Assembly: GCA_002633005.1 (NCBI GenBank)
Contig: NMRA01000033.1
Location: forward strand, 1,169,203 to 1,233,202
Direction of reading: 5' to 3'
DNA length: 64,000 nt
Origin: Phoronis australis
Lineage: Eukaryota; Animalia; Phoronida
Shown here: positions 24,996 to 36,471 of the stretch, piece after piece
Layout: each line of letters begins with the position of its first letter
Numbering within the stretch: the stretch's first letter is position 1
Program-made: the position numbers and the translations under genes
The notes under the pieces: generated by a model
What the model saw: only the letters and a program-made list of their open reading frames with translations
Told to the model about the DNA's origin: nothing
Databases searched by the model: none

Positions 24996-27523
24996 GCACG
25001 GACACAGAATCACTTCTGCAAAAAAGGTGTTACTATTTAATGTAGCGCAACTTCAAAATAGACCACGGTCGATATGGGCGTCTCGTATTTAAATTTGCAT
25101 TGCATGTGAAGTTTATGAACAACGTTTGTTAATTTTTTTCTTTATCGTATGCCTAATTAAAAACGGGCAATTTAATCCGTTGTTTCGATTTTCACATTAA
25201 TGGCATTTTGATTCTCGAATCTTGTAAGCGAAGAGCTGATAGTCAGAAGACAATTTAAGACACTGTACCCTTGTACTATAAATAACCGTGAACTCCTACT
25301 CTTCATTCAGTTGCTAGAATATCAAGAAGGACATCAAAGTCAGGTCTGACCTTGTGTCTGCATGGAAGTTGTATGACCATGACAGGTAAAAAATTCGTTT
25401 TCATGTCGTTTTTGTCGGTTAGGATTAAAAAATCTAACGATACTCAACTTCATATCGTTTCCCTTCCACTGGTTAATGGAGTCCGAGAAGCTCTATGTTA
25501 CATGTGAATAACATGTGACGGAGGAATGATATTTAAAACCAGTAATTTAAAAATTAAATGTAGTTTCATCTTCACCAAAAGCTAAAATTAAATACGTAAC
25601 TATGCAGTTTCTAAGTGTTATTTTGGGACATAATGAAAAAAGTGATAACAAAATAAAGATATTTAAAAAGCGGCAATGCGTAGTTTGAGGAACAACCGGT
25701 AAGGGACGCTCCTAAAACTACATGTATGTTTTTTCAGGAATCCAAGTGAATATGACTGGATATTAATTAAACAAGCAAGAACAACAATCATAACCTGGTA
25801 CAAGATAAAAGAAAGGAATGCAACAAATTAGACAAGTAAAATAAATACACTATAACAAAATACTGTGGATATTGAGTCTAATCATTCAGTAGCGACATGA
25901 AGACGTTGGAGTCAACTTGCCCATTTAAAGTACAAATCCCAGGGTTTTGGTGTTTTGGCAAGTAAGTCTTATTCAGTCGAAATTGGCATATACTTTAGTT
26001 TTCATCGTAACTTACATGTAAGTTCCGCAATACTAGACGCGCTTCTATAAGACTAAATTAACTTTTCCTTGATCAGAGTGTGATCACATGTTAATCAAGC
26101 GGTGCGTGACGAAATAAAGCAGAGTTATTTCGCAATCATTAGCCAACAATAGAGGGAATGTCCGAACTACAGCGTGTTCAAAGTAGACAGTGAAATTTTT
26201 CTTGGGAAAGCGATGAAACCAAAGTTGGTGGCAAGAACATCTGAACAGCTTACTTTCGAGATTGCCGCGCCATATTGAAGTCCAGGAAACGTTGAGTCGT
26301 TTCCATACGCCGTGACGAAGCAAAATATGTCCGTGTAAAATTTATAACTGTTTTCGAAAAGTTAGATCATATTTTGTCGCATCTCGGTTGCCAAGCATCA
26401 TAGTAACGACCGGAGAATACAGCCAGGCTGTGTTTTCATGACTACGGGTTGAAAAATTATAATTTTTCTTTCCAAAAAGGACAGGGCCCTCAATCCCTCG
26501 AATTTGGGGCCCAATATCGACCCTATTCTCCTCTCAAAATATTGAAGTATCACACGAAATTCCCACCACGAGGCATAAAAATTCCTCCTAGTGAAAAATC
26601 TCTCTGAGTTCACATCACCTGTAACCACACAGGTGACAATTTTTAAGAGCACAAAAGGCTACTTTACATGTAAATTGAGACAGAGCCTATGAGAGCTTGC
26701 AACAGGGCGGGGGTGCTATTGATGGTGATCGGGAGGTAGATTGTTCCCGCACTCACTGGCGGCGAAAAATCGCCTCTCAGTAGGCACTGGCACCTTTCCC
26801 CTCGGATGAACGAGACTCCTGGAGAAACATGATAAATATGATTGATTTGTCCAGTTAACTGAAATTGAGGTTATGCTTTGGACGAACGAATGGTGATTTA
26901 AACGGTGTTTAAATTTTAAAATTCAACTTAGTCCAGATTGATATGTGAAACCTAACACATGAAATAGACGTAAGAATTATTACAACCAAGAAAGCAGAAT
27001 TGATTGTCAAATAATATATATTTTCAATTACGAGTCTGTTTTTTATTTTAATAAAAAAATTATTTAATAACATCAATTATTCTTTCAGATCAATGACAAA
27101 TCAACTGTTAGTCCCAGTGAGTGCATAGGATCAGGCTATGCTTCATGTTAATATTCTTGATCAACAAATTAAACCAGATGTGACTAATTGCACATGACAG
27201 CCATCACTGTCGAATATGTCTTCAACTCGTCAACAATACGAGCAGATGACCTGGTTCGCGAAGAAAGTATTTTGATCAACAATTTACAAGAAAAAACGTA
27301 ACACTGCACTCGGCATAATACCTAATCCGTAACACTACGATCGCCGCAATTTGGTCATATTTACTTTTCATGTTTCGAACCTAGTTTTCCGAAAAAATTT
27401 AAACTCTTTCGTCAGACAACTCTTTGGCGCCTTAACTTGTTCTCTGATGTAATTTTCTACGTCTCTGTGGTTAATTCTCGACACATTATTAAAATTTAAT
27501 ATCCAGGTTGGACTCGAAAGACT

Positions 27524-27676
27524 GGGCGTGTGTTCAGTAGACGCTAGGACCTATGCTAGGACCTAGCTAAAACCTAGTCAAAGTCACGTATTCTCATTTA
27601 AAATACACGGCAATTTCTCACGTAATCTCGTGAAGTCTTGCTTTTTAGCGAGGTCCTAGCGTTACTGAACGAGAGG
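27524..27676. mobile_element. Harbinger-like MITE family B (partial copies at ~7831-7900 and, inverted, ~34330-34410)
   Basis: TIRs GTTCAGTAGACGCTAGGACCT / AGGTCCTAGCGTTACTGAAC; internal TTCTCATTTAAAATACACGGCAA shared with 7855-7877. Confidence 0.8.
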
Positions 27677-27969
27677 CGGCTATTTAACTCACGCAATGTC
27701 AACTTCCGCTTTGTTTAGGAGGCACAGAACAGTTCTCACTGGGTTTTGCCCAGCAAAACACACATCACTTGATTTGTCACCTTTTCTTCACTCTGTCAAA
27801 AACAAGATGCAAAGAATGAGATGTTTTCAATTATTTCACATAAAAAGCCCTGCAGATGAGCACAGAAACTTTATTCTCTCTTGTATTTTTGACCATTTCA
27901 TTCCCACTGAAAACCAAGCTAGACTAAGAAAAATACAGGCAAAAAATGCAAAATCGGCACTTTTTTCAC

Positions 27970-28366
27970 CCCCAAAAACACCACTTCCCTGCCGATGCAC
28001 GACTAAAGCCAACATTAGAGTCTGAAAGCGAATTTCCTACCAATTCCGAAAATGTGGTCCAAAAGTACTGTCAATCAACTAGTTTTTTGGCAATTCTTGC
28101 TTGTTTGAGGGCTACCTAAAATCACAGCCAATTTCTCAGTCGCTACCCAACAATGCACAATTGCAGCCGGGGGCCGCCATCTTGAAGAAGAGTGCAGCTA
28201 CAGCCAAGAAAGTGGCCCTTTTTATTTACAGCATGTTCACAAATACAAACAAACCACATTCACTGAGCCTACATGCAATGCCCACCTACAAAATGTCCCC
28301 AAACTTGGCCTACCCCAAAATTTCAATATTTTAGGAGTGTAAATTGGCCGCGGCCGCAGCCTAACT
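27970..28366 (+). repeat. Dispersed repeat family A, copy 2
   Basis: Collinear with 36115-36471 (CACCACTTCCCTGCC ... GGTCCAAAAGTAC ... CCGCCATCTTGAAGAAGAGTGCAGCTA ... GGCCGCAGCCTAACT). Confidence 0.9.
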
Positions 28367-31300
28367 ATTCAGTGCCACCTTATCGCAGTGAGCCTCACTT
28401 TGGATTTTAATGTCCGCCTCGTGAATTGGGTCTATAGGATTCCCCATTGGGCAACTAACGTAGTCCTGCAGTTTAGGACTCTCGCTTAAAAACAGGGGCT
28501 CGCCTAACAGCGATGATGACCTTCAACATTATTCTCTAAGGAGTGGAGTTCTACGGTAACCCAGGGATGGTGTTTGTGATTGGTGACGATCGAGTGGGCG
28601 TATTTGATGGTAACCGGATGACAGCTTCAAGTTCAAGAAAGCTACATTTTGATGCAATTGTTCCTGGTCGCGACGACCCCAATAGCCGACCAATCGATGC
28701 ATGAGGCCTCAATCATGTAGATTCGCCGCTACCGGAAGATTGTTCCATTTGTCGGGATCTTGCTAATACTGAAATATCTGACAGCATGCGTAAAATATTG
28801 ATAAGCACTCGTATTACCTAAGAACACAATAAAGTGCTCGTGTCCTCTAGTCATATACTTCTACGATAAAGCGTAAGTTTTCAGATCGATATTTATGACT
28901 ATGGTCTATGATCCATAAATAACAACTACTTGCATAGGTTTATTTGTAGCATAAAACCAACTTACCAAAGAGTAAATAGTGCGTTTCGTTTTACTTCCGA
29001 TTACTTGTTACAACACAAACAAGAGTTAATTGCATTTCAGTGAGAAGGCGACTGACAAGGCTGAGACGGCAAGACCAGACGATGGAGGTGGTATATGTGC
29101 ATGATATTTGTAAATTTTAAATTTCTACCCTACCGATCAGTTTCAACGTGAATCCATTGCGAACTACAATTAATGTTTATGTATTATGTTAGAGAAATAG
29201 AAACGCCACCTTTTGATACATCTACTTAATACTATGAATGAATGGTCTCTGTTGTGTCAGGTGCACGGCCACTATGCACTCGCTAGTCGTTGTAAGTCAT
29301 TGTACGTTCGAAAACAAAGATAAGCCGGTTGATTGAAAAATTATAAAATGCATGTCCATGGTATTTCAAAAACAATAAAGCAAAACGGGCTGCGACGTCA
29401 GGTGCCATGCATGTTACTATAAGTTACAATTTGTCGTCCTTCAGCTAAAAACAACATTTTAACAAATATCAATAATTACTGAAAATTGGCAAATTTCAAT
29501 GTCAATTGGGTCTGGCGAAATAGACGAGATATTATTTCATTGACAATCTTGGCATGAGTGGTATTCCGCCCTTTCTATCCGAGTGTACGATAGCACAGGC
29601 AACTGAACAACGGATTAAGCTGATAGGACAAACTTTCTCATGACCGTGGTCCAAATTTCTCATGAGAAACACTCGTCCATAGATTACAGTTACTGTATTG
29701 TTCTGTCTGGGGCTTAGGCCTACACGTGTACAAGGCACAAGCGTTCTCGGCTTCTGATCGTCCCCAATGCACTATGAACTAGAAGGTCTGACACTCGGGA
29801 TAGGAATTCCACGGGTGCTTCACATCTGCTGTCCATATCAGGCACAAAACTCAATAAATTTACTCAACAAACCATGAGCAATTGTCCGTTCTTCCGACAA
29901 CGAAGTATGTCCTGTAAACCTTGAAAACTACTGTAGTTTACTTACAGGTATCATCAGAAGACCTTTAGCGCAGTGTTAAGTGTAGGGTTGGTGTGGAATC
30001 TCACTGGTAGCAGTCAGGAAATGTCACACGGTAAATGCTTTGAACGTTAAGGTTCTCAGAGCTTTCTTGCTCACTCGTGCATCTTTTCGTATATAGTACT
30101 ACTGCCTCAGGGTGACGTCAAGGGCGCATGTTCATGCATTCAGTTTTCTTCCCACGTCAAGCTCAGATTTTCCATTTTCTTGGGAATCCTTAACGTTCTA
30201 ACAAATTCTCTTGCAAAGAGATTGGGCCTTGAAAATAATGCTGGTTCACTAGGAAGAAATAAGTTCGTAAAATAAAAGACTGGCTCAAATCACGCGGTCT
30301 CCAAAGAACTCGCATGGACATTTGCTTATGAATGAGTGGTCAACAAATAGCTGAAGCTAGACATCACAATGGACATCAGAATATGAAAAGGGACTCGCGC
30401 TAATGGGCGATAGCCTGTCCCGCCACAGGAAAACAGCACACGAAATGTCGTTAAAGTGTTTATGCGGTTCGTGAGAAAAGAAATAAATTATAGAAAACCA
30501 ACGCTAACAAAGAAACTGTTTAACAAAATTAAGCCGCTTTAACAGAAAGTAACTGGTCAAGTTTCAATGATTCCTATCTTAAACCTCGCAAAAATACGTG
30601 ATTTAGAGATACATGAACGTTACTCTGAGTAAAATAGGCGTTTCGTTTAAAGACAATGACGGGCTGAAATTTCGACTTGTGATTTAAGACGTATACCGAG
30701 AACTGGATAGCATACCACTGATGAAATGTCATGTCCATCATCCGAAAACCTCACCCTCTATCTATAGTCGCACAAAAAGAAGCACTTCTTCATTTGGGAG
30801 CGTTTGTTCCATGAGGCCTTCTACCTTTACTGTTAACCAAGCATGTATAACATGCGCACAGTTGAAGAGAATTACGGAAATTTGACTCAGACGACACTCC
30901 AACAGAATTGATCTGAATCTTTTCGTCAAATTACTTTTTCAGGGGTGAATGTGTTTTGCTTTTATTTTCTCAAAATGTTGTCCAAAAACATCCTTGCTCC
31001 TCACCCCTCTCCTCCCGTCGAAAGCGGTTATTATCTTCTGGGATTATCACGATTTCAATTCAAAGCGGATTTGGTCACCTAGGAAAATTGACAGGCCGAG
31101 ATCATTCACAACATTTTTAGACTTAGCGAGGAATTAATTCTGTTCAGTAGACAAACACTAGAACCGTTGAAAGCTTTCCAACGCAAATTTAATTGTATGC
31201 TTAATATCAACCAAGAGTAAGCACGCGCGTTAACTAAAAGCAACCCCCGGAGGACGAGAGAGGGATGCAAACCTGCCCGGAAGTTTGGAAAATCTTCAAC

Positions 31301-32059
31301 TAATCTCGCGCAACTGTCGAGGGCTAAATTTCGATGATTATAATAAGCAGAGAGAGGCTACTCCTTCAAAGCGATTTGTTTTGTTTCACGCAGTTTTCAC
31401 GCTATGTCGCAGTCCAAGTAGACGGGCAGCCCGTGTTAACTCGAGTTGGTTACAAGGCTTGACCAGAACCCATGTGAAACCAATACTCTGAGTGCCTGTG
31501 TACCCATTTTTTCTGCACCACGATTTGGGGTTAACCATATCTGCTGGAATACTCCAGCTGCAACTAGCATTTTGACATTCACAAAAAAACAGGTGACGCC
31601 GCTTCGATTCTTTTATTGGAAACCTTCGTAAGGATTTCTAGTCGACCGGTGTGTATATTACAAGGAATACGGTCAATACGCCAAAGAAATAGTTCATGTG
31701 CATATTGGTTGTATTAGAAACGAAACACACAGGTCAGCCCTAATATACGTGGCAGACATGTTGAGGTGTACCACTCAGCAGCGGGCAACGGTGGAGTACC
31801 AACTTGGATGTGGCAACTGCTCTCGCATAATCATTCTGAGCAGGTGACTAGAGCCAAAGCACCACTCAACCCGCGGATTGTTCCTTTTACGCCACGTGGA
31901 CGTACTATACGATAATTGTTCCCCTATTTTCGGCCTTCGCTTCAACAGATTTGTGGCCTTAAGTACTAAATCTTATTTAAAGTGTCACTTTTTGAAGCAG
32001 AAATTCTGTTGAAGATGGAGAAATGCCCCTATATGTTGGAAATGGATTAAAAGTTGAGT

Positions 32060-33135
32060 TTTCCAATGGCGTCCGGTACTGGTTTTCCTAAACCAGGTAC
32101 AGGAATATGAAATTTGGCAGCTGATGAAGCACAACAAAGAGTTTAGACCGACTTAACTAACGCTGTACCCACTAGTGGCAATCGTTTTTGTGTTTACCTC
32201 TGTATACATGTATTCATGGTTTCTTCATGAATGTCCATGAAATTTGGCAAATAGGTTTCTATTAAGGAGACGATGACTCTTTTTATTTTTCGACGAAAAC
32301 GACGTATTCTACCGTACCTAGTGGCCATTTTCCATAATTTTCGAGTCGTTTTTGGCGTCCGTCTTTCTGTCCGGCAAACTGCTCAAAGAATAAATATGAA
32401 AATTTGCAGACTGTATAACTGATGAGAAGACTAAAGACGGGCGGGTCCGACTACTGCGACGCTCCCTGGTGATGATTTTGTTTTGTTTTACTACGTCCGT
32501 GCAGGATCTTTGTGAAATTTGGCAAGTCATTATCCTGTGATTGAGACAACGGATTACCAAGACTATTTGAGACATCTTACTAAACAGAAGTGCACCCTAG
32601 TGGCTACTTTTTACTTTTTGTCTTCAGAGTTTCTTGATATATTTTCATGAAATTGCCATAAGACGACCGCGCCTTTCCATTTTAGGATCAATTCCACATA
32701 TTCTGTGCCACCCATATTTTGCTTTGGGGATCATTTTGGAAGATCGCTGATGCGTTCTACTGAAAAGAGCACCACTGACGTAGATTTTCCGATGAGTCGG
32801 ACTACCGTGGTGCCCCTAGTGGCACTTTTGAATCTACGGCTGCATACATGTAAGTCCTAAATTTCATAGTGCACTTTTATGACTTTGACAAGTGGACGAA
32901 TCTGACTACCACTGTGCCTACTGGTGCGTCTGCATCTTTGGAGTTATTTGATGGATTTCCATGAAATTTAGAAATAGTTTTTTATTGGGACAACGTCGAC
33001 GCCTTCCCATTTTCGGACGGATTAGACCTAGATGTATTCTGCTCCATCCAGTGGCTGTATGTGTGAGCAGAACACACTCAGCATTCCGACTGCGGTGCAG
33101 TCGTGGGCGCATGTCAACGCTTTGCGTTGCTCTAA
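32060..33135 (+). mobile_element. Non-autonomous Helitron/Helentron-like element with an internal diverged ~130-150-bp tandem array
   Basis: Recurrent TGAAATTTGGCA-like (32108, 32238, 32397, 32513, 32648, 32962) and CCTAGTGGC-like blocks; 3' hairpin CAACGC-TTT-GCGTTG (33115-33129) followed by CTCTAAT. The 5' boundary is uncertain. Confidence 0.6.
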
Positions 33136-35845
33136 TCGATCGCATGCTTTATCGTTCATGAGTAAACTTTTCAAATGAGGTAAACTGACGAAAAAAACTC
33201 GATTTCAATTCTTCAGTTGAAAGTGCTCAGCCTATCCGTGGAACTATTACTTACTATTAATATTGAGTTTATTGACCTATTATTAATAATTCAATACCAC
33301 CTAGGGCAATTTGCGGATTTAAGCGTAAAGCGTCTCACTGAAAGGTGTTTTTCTACACCGCATGTAATATCAAATCCAATCTGTAGGAAAGTTTGGCAAA
33401 TGCGCGAAATTGTACATCGGAAATTCAAATCTCTGGTCACATACATCAAGTATCGTTGCTCAGTCAAGCAAGCTACTGTTTTGTAAAACGCTCACAACTG
33501 TGCGAAAAAATCAGGCTTGCCAGCCACCCCACAGCAGGAGAATATATGTGTAATAAAATACCGTCACGTAATCACAGCTTACCTTTTTTAATAACGTTGC
33601 CTGCCGATGGGTATGCAGTGTGCATGTATTCGTTGAATGAACACTGTAACACTAGCAATAAAATTGTCATGGATAATATAATATTGCTCGTTCATAGACT
33701 GATTCTCATCTGTTGTCTCACGTTGTTAAGGTGTCGATATGACACTTATTATTACTACAGGGTTGTCGGAAAACTCGGGAACAACTACGGGCTCAGTACC
33801 GGTTCGCTGTACTGTGAACGTTGGCTTATTGATATACATGACGTCCTGTCAATTTGCACTATTTACGCAATATACAATGTATGCATCTCCATTTGCATGA
33901 CAGTGTTTCAAGCAAGTGACCCTTTGGGAAACTTGCGTGCGCTTCTTTTTGCCAAAGGGGCTGGCGCAAACGATCAGCAGCCAGCAACCTTAAGTTTCAT
34001 TAAGCAAACCGCATACATGTACCTTGCGTCAAAGCCTGAAGACAAAATAACAATGAAATGAAGTACACCAAATCTCACGTATCACTATAGCCACTTGTCT
34101 TTGTTTGGGGGAAACCGGCGTCGGTCTACGTTCTCAGCTTCGTGCTTAAAGCAAATGGATGAGACCATACCTCTTCGTCTGCGTCAGGTACAGTTTCAGT
34201 ATTGCGTTCCAGAATAGACTAACGAGTATCTATGGTGTCAGTGAACATTTTCAACTCCGTGAGAGCCTTGTTTCCGAGAGAGTTACACAGCCGTTACATT
34301 AAAGGCGGATACGTGGATATTTTCAGTCGTCTAAATGAAAACACGTGACTTTGACTACTGGTCTTAGCTAGGTCATAGCGTAGGTCCTAGCGTCTACTGA
34401 ACGCACGCCCGGTGTACTAAAGGTTCAACGTTGACTTCGGCTCTAAAGAGATTAAATTGTGTAGTTGGTCCTACTCAGTGTTCATTGACTTTTTACAAAC
34501 AGGTGGATGCATCATATTACACTGGTTTGTGGGACGACGGCCAACAGAATAAAAACCAATCAAGAAAGGTAGAGACGGTACACCTACATTTCCAGCCCAT
34601 AGTTAACCAGGATGACAGATATTCCACAAACTGTAGTTCGTAAACAACTCAACTCTGACCAGTCCTAATCGGATTTTAGATCAATGGTCAAAGTAGCTAG
34701 TAGTTCATGACTGGGTTTGTCGAAAAATGATTAGCCGAGCAACTCATGCCAATGTTGTGTTGACCTCGTTCTGGCTGTCAAACACGCATTCGGCTTCGTG
34801 AAAACTGCAGTGTAAGTAGTTTGCTGACTGCATTCACAACCTTATTTGGAAACTTACAATCGACCGGCGAGTTTGCTGTTTCATTTCATGACCATAATCG
34901 GTTGTAGGAAATACAATGAACGCAGCTTGTTTGTTTGTTTCGTTAATAGTCTGTAGCATCTAAGTAATTAAAATTATTCCGAGTCAAACAACTTTTTTTA
35001 AGAAAGCCAGTCCCATAGGCGGCATAGTATGGATACAGATGTAACGTCTGCGGGGATTTTGTGTCAGCGCTGTGACTTTGTTGCGAACTAATACCAGCGG
35101 AATAAGACCACATTTTCCAAATTTTGTTAAGAATAGTTCCTCTCCATCTGTCCACCTACTGTGTCAAATAAAACTTGAAGCGGAGGTCATTTTTTTAGGT
35201 GATTGGGTGTGCTCACCCAAAGACTGGGATTCTCAAGGCAGACCTATTTTAATCAGATTAAGACACCCGATGTACATGTATTTTCCTGTTCTGCTTTGCA
35301 CTAAACGGACTTTGGATGGGACGAATTTAGTAAAATTGATAAACTAAAGTAGGAAACTGGCAATCAAAGTTTAATTCAAGTCAATTTCTTAACCCCACAA
35401 GTGAACCATAATCTCACCAAGGCCTACCCTTTGTGTAGTATAAGGGACATATTTATTGAAGTCGATTTGGATAACCATTAAAGGCATGTAAACAAGGAAT
35501 TTGGACAGCTAAGTTTCAAGCTCAATTTTGCACATACTGCACAATGTATCCTGGAAAGCTACACAATTTCATTCGGTGCAGAAGGAGAAAAAAGCTTCAG
35601 AAGGTACAAAGTTCTTCCAACAATTACCGCTGCACCTGCAGTAGACCAAGACAGCCAGAGGGCTCAATACACGGTTGCAGTGCTGTGCGTCTCACACATT
35701 TTGAAACGAAGGAGGTCACCTACCTCGCTGATGGTCATAGCATTGGGTTCACACTTTCCTAAAAGTTCGGGTCAAGCACTGAAAGAGAAAGAAAGGTCCG
35801 TGAGAGCAAACGACTGGACGGACATGTCATCGTAAGCATCCGCTC

Positions 35846-35880
35846 AGGGTTAGGGTTAGGGTTTGGGTTTACAGGGTTAG
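35846..35880 (+). repeat. Short degenerate interstitial (TTAGGG)n-like tract
   Basis: AGGGTTAGGGTTAGGGTTTGGGTTTACAGGGTTAG. Confidence 0.6.
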
Positions 35881-36114
35881 CATGGGCGCACTCAGCCTAG
35901 AAAACGGAGGGCTCGATTTTTTGAGAATGTGGACGTTTTAATGAGATTCACGGTGTACGTTCAGAGCTATGAATAGTGCATTCGCCGAAATTTGGTGGTC
36001 CCTGCCTTTTTAGAGGACTTTTGCCCCGTTTTCTACTTTTTTGGAATAGTTGTTTCTCTGATGCAGACATTTTTGCCCACTTCGCCAAATGGGAGGCACG
36101 TTCGAGCCCTCGAG

Positions 36115-36471
36115 CCCCAAAACCACCACTTCCCTGCCAATGCACAACATAAGATTCTGAAAACAAATTTCCCACCGAATCCAAAATATGGTCCAAAAGT
36201 ACCGTCAACCAACTACTGTGTTTGAGGGCTGGTTTTTCAGTCGCTATACAGCAATGCACAAATGCAACAATGTCCGCCATCTTGAAGAAGAGTGCAGCTA
36301 AAGCCGAGCAAGTGGTATTTTCGCATTCTCAACATACATGTTCACAGATACAAACAAACCACATTAACTGAGCCTGCATGCATACCCATCCTAAAAACTG
36401 ACTCCAAGCCTGGCCTGTTCCTAGATTTTAGCGTTTTGAGACTGTAAACTGGCCCCGGCCGCAGCCTAACT
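36115..36471 (+). repeat. Dispersed repeat family A, copy 3
   Basis: Aligns with 27970-28366 and ends in the same GGCCGCAGCCTAACT. Confidence 0.9.

Noticed and set aside
28490-29960. Possible upstream coding exons of the minus-strand orphan
   Set aside because: Splice-like signals exist, but the segment after the ~28768 acceptor has early stops in all three frames and the other gave only short, featureless ORFs. They could be non-coding exons at most.
33393-34061. 222-aa ORF
   Set aside because: Non-ATG start in the track, no recognisable motif, and a Cys/Ile/Tyr-rich composition typical of random AT-rich sequence. It cannot be fully excluded without RNA data.
35846-35880. Chromosome-fusion telomere relic
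   Set aside because: Only about five degenerate units in one orientation; such tracts are common inside invertebrate repeats.
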